DNA of 64,000 bases from Geosiphon pyriformis uo1 (Eukaryota > Fungi > Glomeromycota). The stretch lies in NCBI GenBank assembly GCA_016748015.1, contig JAAOMT010000502.1, forward strand, positions 434,001-498,000, written 5' to 3'. The position numbers were made by a program, and so were the translations under genes. The notes under the pieces were generated by a model that was not told the DNA's origin, searched no databases, and was given only the letters and a program-made list of their open reading frames with translations. The first letter of the stretch is position 1. Each line of letters opens with the position of its first letter. Shown piece after piece: positions 21,401 through 34,433 of this stretch.

Positions 21401-23499
21401 AATTCGATAAAACTCATGTCCATATTAAAATATGATTAAATATTTTTATAAATTCATGTTTAAAAAATGTTTTCTGTTCAAAACTAATTAACAAAAAAAT
21501 TTAAATGCTAAAAAATATTGTAAAATATTTGAATAATCTTCAATTTTTTGGTTCATAAAACAAAATTTATGATTTATGATGTACATGCAATAATTTTATG
21601 GGCTATATTAAATATTTAGATAGTCAAAAGTTTTGTCAAAAGAAATATTTTAATTTAAAGAATTGATACCTTTTTTTGCTCATTAAAAACTTATAGAAAA
21701 ACACAGCCAAAACTATATCATTTAAAAATTTTATCAGTTATTTCAAAAAATACAAGATTTTTAAAGCATTAAATTCAAAGAGTAAAATTAACCTTGAATG
21801 AGAAACTGAAAGCCCCTAAAAATATTTCCATTTTCTATTATAAAAAAAATAACATTAAAAAGAGATAATTCCAATTGGTAGAATTTGTTCTACATTTTTT
21901 TTAGCTACATGTATATTTTTTATAAAAATAAACTATTAGCCTTTTTTAATTGATCAGGAATATGAAGCATATCAAGATATGAATTTTCAGAATATAATCA
22001 AAAATTTCATATAGCAAAAGAATCTATACTTCAAAGATTTTAATCACTTTTTAATTTTTCAATTTGATTTTAAAATCGCGGCCTATCTCACAGTTATATC
22101 ATATAAAAAGATGCTCTTATACTCGACACCAGGATAATCAAAGTATTAAATTAAATTTTGATAAGGAAAATCAATAAATAAGCTAATTTATTGCAAAAGT
22201 TGTATTTGTAAAATAAATCTCAATAAATTGAAGGCTTATAATTACACACTCCCCATTTTTATTTTCAAAGATTTCAGAACTATCATCAAAATTAATTTTA
22301 TTTATCCCAACCTAATTATCACAAGTAATTTTGCTCTTTAAAATTATTTTAAATTTGAAACCAAAAATTTCTTTGACTAAATATTATAAATTTGAAAAAA
22401 TTAAAACTTGACAATAATTAAAAATATTTATCAAATTTTATTCTACATACTAAGAAATTGGCATAAAAAATTTTAATAGAATTTCAAAAGGCTCACTTTT
22501 GTAAAGAGTCTAACATAAAAAACTGGTTTTTTTACAAAATAAATTTCTGCACCAATTTGATAATTATCTTTGTAAAATATCTTGTAAGTTTTACAGCTTA
22601 AATAAATACTCAAATGTTTTTTTTGATAGTATTTTCTTTAAAAACAAATTTAGAAAATTTGATAATTAAAAAATTTTTCAAACATTAGTTCTAGTACTTT
22701 TCTTTAACAAAATTAAAATTTAAATATCAACTCAAAAAAAAACAATAAATTCTAAAACAAAATTTTGATGGAAACCTTTTTCAATTATAGTACTGTATTA
22801 AAGTGAATTATCTGGGGAAGTTACAAGTTTTGATAAACTCTATATAAATATATCAAAGCTATTTACAATATCTATCAAAACTTGAAAAATTGAAGCTTGG
22901 ATGTTTTGATATCAGCAAAAATTTCCAATGCAATTCCATTAAAAACAAGCAGAAATTTTATATATATTTAGGCCAAAGTTTATAAATTGGATAAAAAATC
23001 TTTGTTTACTTTGAAAACAACCAAAATCTATGATAATTATGTGTATTATGCCTTAATTCAAAATCAAGTACAGAGTTATTTGGTTTAGCCAAATTTTATG
23101 CTTTGTAATTCAGCATTGGAAACTACAAATGGTAAGAAATAAATAATTTCAAAAAAACAATCATGAAAATTTGAAGATAATCATATTATTTGATAGAGTA
23201 TACAGTATTTCAAAGAATTTACATTTTGTCATCAATGAATAATTATTGAATTAAAATCTTGGCATAAGCTAAAAGAAATTGCATTCAAAAAATTTGGAAA
23301 AATTATAAAACTAATTCACTGTGATATTTCGAAGTAACTTTTTCTCATGAACAGATTTTAAAACTTGAGGAAAAAATAAATTATTTGGAAATTTGACATA
23401 ATCCGTAACAAAACTTTGTAAATTCTTAAAACAATTTTTTGTGTATCCAAATGAAATCATCCATAAAGCTTTTTCTATATCCTTTGCCATTCAATTTTC

Positions 23500-25260
23500 T
23501 TCAACATGACAGAGATTTCCAACGTCCTGAACTGGGAAACAACTCACACCAAATTTTACTGTCAGCTATACATGCTGGCTTCTGAATTTTTGCAAATATA
23601 ATTGATGTGGCAATCAATGAAGCATTGAGTGCTCAGGAAATAACTAAGCGTAATTCGAATCAGCGAGGTCTATTAGCACCCTTCTCTATTCTTTCGATCT
23701 CGAAAAGATTTGCAACAAAAAATACCAATTCGTGCAGAGTTTTTAAATATCACTTATCTCCATAATCCATCAATGCTTACTACACATCATTATAAGCCAT
23801 AATAATAAGCTGCTTTGTGGCCTCTTCATTTATATTTAAGTATTAAATGTTGGTTTAGCTAATTGATTTATGAAGCATTTAATTAAAAAAAAATTTTATC
23901 CCAACAAACAACAAAAGAGAAATAGACCAAAACTTTAGAAACTTATAAAAAAGAGCAAAAAATAATAATTCGGTATCAGTAAATAAGCTGTGCTGAGTAA
24001 ACTCCTGAAGGCTCTTTTGATGAGTCATTTTATTTTTGTTGGTATTTTTGATTAGTTCTATCTACCTTTGATTAGTTATTCTTTTCTGTCTTTGGTTTAC
24101 TCCTTTACTCACTATTGAAATTTTCTCTTTGTTTCTCCGTTCTTTTTCTTGGATTTGTTGTAAGTTAGCCATTATCTAAATATGTGCCTCCTCTCAAATT
24201 TTCAGTCATTATTCTAAAGTATATCCTATGCAGTAAGCCTCATTATGAGTTGGGCAAAAAACGAGCTTCCTAAGAAATATTCTAAATTAAGCGTCTTCGT
24301 GACATTGCGGGACTTGATGGTTATTGAAATACCCATTTGATTTTTAATTTATTAGAATATTTAATTTCCATCTATATATATTTTCTTTTTATTCACTTAT
24401 ATATAGCAATCTCAAGCCAGTGAAAAAAGATTATACCTTAATTATGTCCAAGAATTTATTGGTGATCATTTCAACGGAAAAAGGGGTTGCACCATGCTGT
24501 CAAACCAACCCTATATCTCAAGTTATCTTTTCAGGCTGTACTCGAGCCGAGAACGTCTCTGCTTCGACAAAAAATATGAAGGATAACTCCACCAATAAAG
24601 TATTATAAGCAAGAATTTTATCTCTCATTATCACCAAAAACGCTGTGTACCAGAACAGCTTCCCTACTATCTGCCTTAAAGTTAGAGATTTGTAAAAACG
24701 AAAAAGGATATCTCTGTGCCGGTTTTCGAGTCTTTCTTAGCTAAGGGTATTATCATTGCCGATCAGTGGGTAGAGTTTTGTTTCTTCTAGGGAGCGGATG
24801 CGTATTTGATACTAGTTATTGAATATGTTGAAGGGCCATCAAAAGGGTATTCGCCGGGATGTGTTAATTTATTGTTTCCTTATCATTCAAGTATACAAAT
24901 GAAAGGGGAAGATTATATATATGCAGTTACCCTTTGATTTGGTCCATCGACAGACCGTATGTACTATGGTGAAACGTGAATTGATATTTTAATAATCTAT
25001 TATCTGATACCTTTTTTGTTTCCTATGTGCATTTTCTTCCAAAATATATGTCGTTCAAGTGTTTGGACTAGGATGCGAAGGCGCTCTTCATCTCTTGAAC
25101 TACGTCTGAATCAACATTTTTGAAGCAATAGTAACAAATTCAAGGGACTTTCCATCCTGCTCGCAAGGTTCGTGAAATATATATAACCATCATATAGAAG
25201 GTGATGAACGTAGCAGCTATTAAAGATATGAGTTATCAATATAGCTCTAATTTGATGAGT
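23500..25260 (+). pseudogene. Unidentified multi-exon pseudogene remnant
   Basis: GC-richer blocks separated by AT-rich intron-like stretches. Peptide fragments include ILLSAIHAGF*IFANIIDVAINEAL, KRLRDIAGLDG, EKRLYLNYVQEFIGDHFNGKRG and DISVPVFESFLAKGIIIADQ. Many stops. Confidence 0.3.
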
Positions 25261-26233
25261 TTATTGCACTGAACATAGTCAAATATAAAATAACGTAGAA
25301 TTCAGTTAAGCTTAATTAAAAAAGCATCGTTTCGCAAAAACGAAGCGCGTACTGCTAACGGTGGAGTAATATTTCTTTTTTAAATACACAGCAAAAATAT
25401 GTTGGATTTATTGACAACATTAACAAGTTTGGTGATATTAATCTTACAGCTTAAAACACTTTAAAAAATAAAGATATTACTTTTTTAAGAACACTTAAAA
25501 AGAAAAGTTTGTTGAATGGTGGTTTTGAAAAAAAAAGCAAATGAGATTTTAAAATTATTTAACAAATATTTTCAATACACATTTACAATGGTTATTTATC
25601 TTAATTAGTTATTTCATAATACAGCAGTAATTAAGAAAAATTTCGTTAATTTTACAAATGGAAAACATGACAAAATTAGAATAAACCAAATTTTAATTTA
25701 AAATAAAAAAAATATTAATATTAATCAGATAGAAAATTTCCTTAATATGTAAAATTTCTTTATATAGGTATTAATAAAGTATAAAATTCATTTTAAAACA
25801 TTATAATTTATTATTTGAATAAATAATAATAATAATATAATTAGAAAATAAGTAAAAGATAATAAGAATGTAATTAAAACAAAATTTGATGGAAATGGCT
25901 AAAATTAACAGATGATAAATAATATAAAACTCACATTGGAATCTTTTTTATAGGTTACAAAACTAAAGTTTTTTTAACATTTTTATATTTGTCTACTCAC
26001 ATAAAAACTTCCCAAATTTTGTTTAAATTCAACTTTTTCGGCTCACGTAATCATCGCATGACCCACTCCAAAGTTTCCAACGATTCCTTTTTTTTAGAGA
26101 ATGTGATGCAATGGACTTTTAGCTCAGATAAAATATGTCATGCAACCAGATTATTTAAGATCTTAAAGACATGTTAATTATATTTATTTTGTTGAAAGAA
26201 ATTGAATAAATACTTGAGATTTTTTCAAAAATG

Positions 26234-26269
<36 letters not shown>

Positions 26270-26584
26270 TATTTAACTATAATTTATTCAAAAAATAAAA
26301 TTTGGCAAAACTAGATATAATCTGTTCTTATCATTAAGCATGAAAATTGTGTTTCAAAAAAATATTATAAATTAAAAAACACTTAAATTTTAAAAAAAAA
26401 TCAATTAATTTTTATTTCACAAGGCTTGAATGCATTCTTATTTAATCAAAAATTGAATATAGGCATGAAAAGTTTTAAAATTCTTAGTAAAATTGGATTG
26501 AGAAAGAAAATTTCTTAATTTGGAAATTTGTGAAGTGGGATTCAAATTAAAATCAATTTCTATTTTTGTAAAGAGGGTTATTAT

Positions 26585-27586
26585 TTATTCTTGTTTGATT
26601 ATTTTTTGAGCGAAAATTCGTCTAGATTTGATATAAGTGTTATTTAGGTTTGATTCTTGAATAGCCTGCTCCAAAGTTTTAGCAGCTTGTTTTTCGCGGA
26701 TTGCTCGAAGGTCAACGTTAATTTTTAAAAGGGTACCAAATACAAGTTTTCCACCAATATCTCCCAATTTGCTTTGTTTGTTTCCCATCGGTAACATTTT
26801 TACTTCTTCTTGTATATTTTCAAAACTACCCATGTCGGTTAAAATTTTTTTGAGGTTATTTGTGAGAAGGGGATTCAGATTACGAGAATGCATCTGTTTA
26901 TGCACTATTCATCAAAAATTCAATTATTAAACAGTTGACTCAAATCAAGATAGAGAGTGAGAGATTCAAAAAATTTCGTAAAAACTTACAAATTTGCTCA
27001 AGTTCAGTCACGGTTTTTTTAGCGTTATAAAATCGGTAGTCAACATCACAAATTTCTAACCAACCGCCTGGTCGTAAAACACGAAGACATTCTGGTAAAA
27101 TTATTTGCTTAATTTGATCTTCCGTAAACCACAATCCCACATATCGTAGATGAACAAAATCAAAAAAAGTATCGAAAGGAATTCCTTGTAAAACATCTGC
27201 TTTTATAAATTCGACATTTAAAGGTTTTTGAGTTGGATAATGTTGAAGGACGTCAATTCCCCAGAATCTGGAATGCCGAAAATCTGAAGAATTATCACAA
27301 ACCCAAGTTCCTGAACCACAACTAAAGATAAATTTCACTTGTTAATAGCTAGATATGTTGGTTTTCAATCAAAGTTTTGCACTCTTAAATGACATCTTTA
27401 CCATAAGTCGAGTACATTCCCGTCACCTACTTTCAGAATTTCATGAACCGGTGCTGAAAAATTCGAATTCCATAATGCTCTTATCAGATCATGTTGCCCT
27501 TGGCTTCTTTCGATATAAGAATCTCCTTTAGTGAAAAAAGGATCATCTTTTGGATTTTTTTTTGTTTTACTTGAGATATTTCCCAT
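26585..27586 (-). CDS. Class-I SAM-dependent methyltransferase (LaeA/TAM-like), 3 exons
   Basis: Spliced motif I VLDLC|CGSGTW; GID; ADVLQGIPF..FDFVHLRY; RVLRPGGWLEICD. Both GT-AG introns restore the frame. MGN start suggests myristoylation. Confidence 0.9.
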
Positions 27587-27977
27587 ATATCTGACTCGGA
27601 AGAGGATCTGGGAGAAGACAGGGTTATTGATGAAAGAAACAAAGCTTATTAAATTTCTTTAAGGAATCAATTCTTTTTATATCTGGTCTGAGGTTGGAAA
27701 CAGAAGTAATAAAAATAATTGGTTCAAACGCAACAATTCGATCCCTCCCGTATTTTGAAATCAATTGGTCAATAATATGCAAAGTACAAAAAATTTGCTT
27801 GCATTACAAAAAAAATTTTAATTATTCATGTTTGATGATCTTTGATTGAAAAGGAAATTTATGACAAACCTTGGATTAAAAAAATAAGGAATTAGGGTTT
27901 TTGCACAAGGGTAACGCTGAAAATTATTCAAAATTGCTTTTGGGATTAGAATATTTTTAGACAAAAATCTTTCCATA

Positions 27978-28015
<38 letters not shown>
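27978..28015. repeat. (GAT)n microsatellite
   Basis: About 12 perfect copies. Confidence 0.9.
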
Positions 28016-29899
28016 AAATTACACAACATAAATCAAAAAGCTATAATGATTAGGAAAATTGTTTTAATTGAGTTAAATTCAAATGAAATGCAAAGGGATC
28101 GAAACACACAAAATTTGTGTTTAAGTTTTTTGTCTGCTATAGGCATCCTTTTTAGCATTGATACTTCAAAAAAATTTTTCTGGATTAAAAATCATTTAAC
28201 GATCGAAGAGTGTTTCTGCGATTCCCGAATGACATGAAACACAAAAGTATTTGAAATAAAGTTATTTATTTATTTATTTCAAGTTTTTTAATTTTTCAAG
28301 ACAAAAATTTTCCCTATTTAAAATTATGTTGGTTTTTAAATAAGTTGGAAAAATATTGTGATCAAAACCTTTGTTCACATTTTCCGATATTATTATGTCA
28401 AGAATTATTTGAGATTAGTGCACAGATTTTTTAAATAAGCCTTCCTAGATTTTTTTCCTGTTAGTTTGGAATGTTTTATGCAATAGGGGATTTAAAAATG
28501 CTGCACAAGAAGGTAAAGTCACACATAGTTGAAACGTTTAAAAGAAACAGAAATCCATAAAGTATTTTTGAAATTAATGTACAAAAAGATGATTTACAAT
28601 TTAAAGTTTTTGATTGCAATGCAAAAAATTGATTAGAGAAGGTTACTAGAAGTTTCCAGTCCTGTGTGATGCCTTGAGAATTATATGAAAGTGTTTATTT
28701 TTATTGATAAAAAAATTAAACTTAAATTAATTCATGATATAGATATGATTTTATTCCTTTAATAGCCCAAATTTGTTTTAAAGAAAAATATCATTCGTAA
28801 TGCAATTGGTTCAAGAAAATTGTATATAATAAATAAGAACTGCATAAAAACACAAATTAAACTCGTGATCCCCACACTCTTCTTTGAATTAAAAATAGTT
28901 AAAATTTTCTTTGTTTAAGTAATAAAATTTTTTATCGATCATTAAAATACTTAACTATATATATACTTTTCGATTATAAATAAAGTTATTATATTTTCAC
29001 AAATCAAAACTTTGGGTTTCCTGTCCCCAATTCATTTTGAAATAATCGAACCATTTCTAAAGTTCTAAAAGAATATTTTATGTACCTTGGCTCACTAATC
29101 TTTTTGGAATTTCTAAGAGATAAAAAATTGAATATCTGTCATAATATTATCTAAAGCTTATTTTGAAGAAATTAGAAATTACATAATTATTCCGAATTTA
29201 AAATTAAAACAATGTTTTTAATAAATGTTTTGAAAAACAGTTAATTTGATTTGATTTATGCTGTGTATATCTAAAAGTTTTCCCCAAACAAAAAGGCAAT
29301 CTGTAGAATTTCAAGTATTTCAGACGAAAGAATATGGCATCTGTCAAAATTGATTATTATATTGTGAAAAGTTTCGATATATAGAATTAAATTTAATTAT
29401 TATTTTGTCGATTACAGTGCAAAGGACGCGATTTTTTTATTTTTAAGGAAAATAATATGATATCAAAATATATATTTTATTCGTACCGTCTTTGATTCAA
29501 GTTATAGTATTGCTATTAAAATAAAAATTCAAGCTGGTTAAAGACCAACGTATAGTTTAACAAAAAAAAAATTTGAATTGATCGCAAAAGACCTACCAAT
29601 TATCAAAATTTTATGAATATATTTTAAAAAAAAAGTCAAAATAAAAAAGCCAAAGCACATGAGATTTTAAGAAATTCAAGATATTTATAATTATAAATAT
29701 TAATGAAAAATTTAGGGAATTTGATCAATTTTTGAAAAGTTTATTATTATATTTTTTTATTAATTTTCTAAATTGTTTTTAAAAATATATTATTAAATTG
29801 AAAAAAAAACTCATATTTAAAACAATTGATAAATATTAATTTTTTGGTTTTTTTTCAGTTCTTTAACAAACACTTTTGCATCTATTTTACCTATAAAGT

Positions 29900-31220
29900 A
29901 ATTCAAAGTTGTGCTACTCTTAACAAACTCACTCATTATTCATTTTATTAGCATCTAAAAAATATATGTAATATTCCTCTTTGGCTTTAATAAAATTTTT
30001 AAGCAAATCAATTTCCATTTTTTTCCAAAGATGAAAACCAGCTTTTTATTTTTAAATAAGAGTTGTTTTTTACCAGCCAGCAAAAGAGTAACATTTTCTA
30101 CCAGAAAACCAATAAATTTCACCACTGATTTTACTAAACAGAAATTTGATAACAATCTTGGTAGAATTAGAAAAAACGGTTTTGCAAATTTAAGCCAAAT
30201 GATTAAAATTCTTAACATTTGAAGCAGTGTTTTTAATCAGAAGTTTTCCACCAAATACAATTTCTTTTTAAAATACCAACTTTTTATGATAATAGCATTA
30301 AAAGTCACAATAATGTAATAATAGTCGAATTTAAAATAAATAATAATGTACTATTACAGAGCAGCAAATTTAAACTTAATAAAAAAAATATATTACAAAG
30401 TACGACAACAAATTTTAAAATCTTTAGTATGGTAAAGGAAAAAATTTACTCGGCTTAATTTTAGTAACAGCATTTAATGAATTTTAATATTTATGTAATT
30501 GCCAGTTTTTAAGGCAAGTAATATTATAATTTAATTAAATAAAAATGTGTATTAAGACATAACTTGTTTTGCTTTTAAAACAGGAAATAATATTTCAAAA
30601 ATGATTATTTTAGACATACAATCAAATATATTATTGTTGCTAATATTTAAATTAAACCTTATTGCTATAATTGGTATTGGTAATACAAAACTAGTAAAAG
30701 CATGAAAAAAAATAGACTTAAATAACTATATAAAAAACTTAAGGTTCCTAAAAAACACAAAACTAGTGCTTTAAATAATTCTAAAAGAAATATTTTCTTC
30801 AGAAATTACAAATGAGTTGGCTGCTACTATTTAGATAAATGGCTAGAGATTACTTCTTAACTGTTTTGTTTTTTTTTGATTATTTGTAAAGTGGTACTAA
30901 AAATAACAAAAGAGAACAATAGCTTTGTACTAATTTATCGTTAAAATTTTTGAAACCTTTTATAATGGAAATGATAAAACTAAGACTGTTCTGATATTTT
31001 GTTTAAAAGAAAGAAAAAATGTTTTTAAAACAATTAAAGATTGCTTTGTATTTGTAATATCTAAGGAAAATACTTTTACAATGTTTTGCTTAATTGCTTT
31101 TACAATGGAGAAGGCTTTTTAGGCTGTTGTTTTCTTAGTTACTATAAAAAAAATTGTGAATTGCGTTTTTCTTACTCTTTGCTCTGGTTATAATCATGAA
31201 AACTAAGAGAGAAAGAGTTT
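29900..31220 (-). mobile_element. Probable 5' (ORF1) relic of a LINE-type non-LTR retrotransposon
   Basis: Pyrimidine-rich leader ctctttctctcttagttttc followed by MIITRAKSKK, then a degraded, CpG-poor ORF with composition like the 42-46 kb LINE. No RT domain here. Confidence 0.4.
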
Positions 31221-33474
31221 TGATTTTTACATGTAATTTCAATTATATTTCAAATTTAAATATTATAAAATATTTTTGATTATTTTTATATATATTTTAT
31301 ATAAATAATAAAATTTATAAATTAATTTTATTTATGTTTCAATTTAATAATAATAATAATAATAAATAATTTAACTTGAAATAAAATTAATTTTTAATTT
31401 TTAATTCAAGTTTTTTTTTTATAAACCCAATTTATCTATTTTAAAGAATTTATTAAATTGATTTTTTAGTTTAATAGTTACAATTATAATATTTTTTTTC
31501 ACCCTTACCTTACTCATTTTGATACCAGTAAATAACGCACAGATTTTTAATTTGTGAACAAAGTTTTGTAAGTAAATGCCTAAGAAATTACAATCTTTGA
31601 CTCTGAAAAACAAAAATATTTCATATCAAGAGATTTGAATCCATTTTACTAAAAATTTTATTGGCATTGCTTTCGTATTCTTCACAATTTGTCAAAACAA
31701 CCGTACCTAGTACCCTGATTTCATTTTCTAGTATACCAATAAAGTCTACTGAAAAAGCCTTTCAATTAACGAGAGATTTTTCTAGTTTTCTTTTTGAGCA
31801 GTAAATGATGAGGCAAAAATGTATTTCTCTGGAGAGCCAAGAAAAAACAAGCGTAGATTTGATTAAGTCTAAAAATGGAAAATTAATATAAAAATATTAA
31901 CAAAACTATACTATAATATAATTAAAATTTTGGGGATTAAACCTCTTTTTCGGTATTTTGATTTATGCCAAGCGTTTTTATATAATATAAATATTTGCTA
32001 TTTTTATTTATTTATGATTTGAAGAAAAAAAAAAACAAATACAGTTTTCAGAGATTCTCTCTTTGGGTTACACCACTTGCTAATTTTTTCATAAAAGATC
32101 AATTAGCTCTATTGTTTTTTGAAAATAAAAAACGTCCTACACTTTCATAAATACAAAATAAATTTGAGACTCTAAATATATTCAGATTATGCAAAGAATT
32201 CTTAAAAAAGTAACTTGCTTTTTTGGTGTAGCTCTCTTTAATTTCACACTCTATCTTTGTCTTAAAAATTAATAATATCATGAAACATTTTGGATAATTT
32301 CCTTATAGGGTCGGGCATAGTACCAGTTCTAATCCTAAAGGGATTTTGTGTACTAACAGAATATCACGAGTTAATAATGGGTTTTTTAATAATTCTCGAA
32401 ATTTAGATTTGCGTTTTTGATCACAACATAATTTAGCAGCATATTTTTAAGTTTAACTTTTTATATTTTAATTCTTACATCTCTCCTGATGCGTTTCATG
32501 TAAGCGTTTTTTTGATCATTAAGTTTTATTGAAGATTCTTGGCTTTTGAGATTTCAAAAAGAACAAGATTGAAAAAACCAAATAATTTAAAAAAAAATGG
32601 TAAGGAATTCAAAATATATCTTACAAAACATTGTATAAAAAGATTTATCAAGTTGTACTATAATTATTCAAATCAATCTTGTGATTTCAGAGTACGATTT
32701 TTGATTCAAGAGCACATAATCCTTCGAGATATTTTCTTAATAGCTTCAAGTTTTTTTTTAGTAAGAATGTAAACCTTTGGATCGATTTTAATTTTCGATC
32801 TCCCAAAGAAAAACTTTGTTCAAAATGTAGTGGTTTGCTCAGAACTTATTAAACTAGACATTTAAAAGCAAATTTTAAAAAATTTCTTGAAAATTCGAGT
32901 CTAAATTTAATCATATGACCTTTGAAAAATATCATGCTAGCGAATCGGATCTTTCTGAAAGCCGATCAGTTTTCCTTTGAACTTTTGATGTCGATCAAAA
33001 TCACCAGTTGAAAAGGTGTCAACAGGAATTTTTTTTGTAGAAATAAAATCTTAAATCTTCCCATTTCAAGGATTTTCAGAGTCTTTCCCAGGAGGGCTTC
33101 TCTCCCTAGCAGCTGGAAAGCTTCTATCATGAGTTTGAGTTTTTAACGATCAATAACCAATTGCATTTTTCGAAAGTTCTTTATCCTTGAACGATCGCAC
33201 AACAGTTCCCCGAGGAAATCGAATATCAATCAATCAATCAACCAAACAACCAATCAATCAATCAGCTCTGAAGATATTCCATGAATTTGAGTTTCAATTG
33301 CAAAAGAAACATCTCTAATAATGAGGAGTTGTTTATCATTAAACAAGTAATATCTATTTTTAAAATGGTATAATGGGATTTATTACATGAAATTTTATCT
33401 TGTTTGTTTCACAAACCTCGAATTTCCAAGATTTTTTTACTTGAATTAAGACGACCTATTTTTAATTAAGCAAC

Positions 33475-33488
33475 ACAACAGCAACAGC

Positions 33489-33544
<56 letters not shown>

Positions 33545-33545
33545 A

Positions 33546-33591
<46 letters not shown>

Positions 33592-33628
33592 TAACAACCA
33601 ACAATAACCAACAACCAACAACCAACAA
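33475..33628. repeat. (CAA)n microsatellite with degenerate CAAC tail
   Basis: More than 35 CAA units read directly. Confidence 0.95.
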
Positions 33629-34397
33629 GATGGGCCTGTTTCTATAAAAAAAAACCAGTTTTTTCGGCCGAAATAACTTAATGCATAAAAATTTTTAACA
33701 TTTGTTGCGCGATTGTCGCAAAAAAAGTAAAAAAGGATTTTCCAACATGTCAACTTTTTCATTTCAAGACGAGATTCAATGGACATAGCGTGAGGAAATC
33801 ACATTCATTCTGGTTTCAGATCTGGTTAGAAATAATTGATTGACCATGTGCTGTTCTTTGCAATGAATTATGAAAGCACGGATGTGCATGTCGGGTACTT
33901 ATGTAATTGGAACAAATCTAAAGCAGAGATAGCCTTGCGAGTGTATCACTCTTAAAATGACAAATAGCGGAATAATTGATAAATGCTTTGTCAAATTATC
34001 TCCTGAGCCGTTTATTGTCGGGTAAACAAAATGCCATTCAATGATTACTGATGCCTCCCTCCTTTTCTGTGTAGCTTAATGACCATTATCAGTTTTTTTT
34101 TTGAATATTTTCAGTTCGAGTTTTTCCTGGGCAAAAGATCGAAGAACTGGATAGAAGTTATTCCTTGAGAAACGGAAAACATGCTTTGTTAAGCGCACAT
34201 GCAACAAAAATCTTTAATATTTTTTTTCGTATTGTTTAAAAAAAAACACAAATTCTGTTACAATGAGAAAGTATTACCATTACAATGACTGATTTTTTAA
34301 TTCCAATGCAATTCAAACATATAAAAATGCGAGTCAAAACGAAGATAAATTTTTTAACCTTGGGTGGTTAATATGAAAACATGGTTCATAATAACAT

Positions 34398-34433
34398 TGC
34401 CCGTCGTCTATTTTTTGAATATGACGACGGGCA
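34398..34433. repeat. GC-rich perfect 11-bp inverted repeat (hairpin)
   Basis: tgcccgtcgtc (34398-34408) and gacgacgggca (34423-34433). Confidence 0.85.

Noticed and set aside
33446-33786. Poly-Cys/Leu/Val ORFs
   Set aside because: These are translations of the (CAA)n microsatellite.
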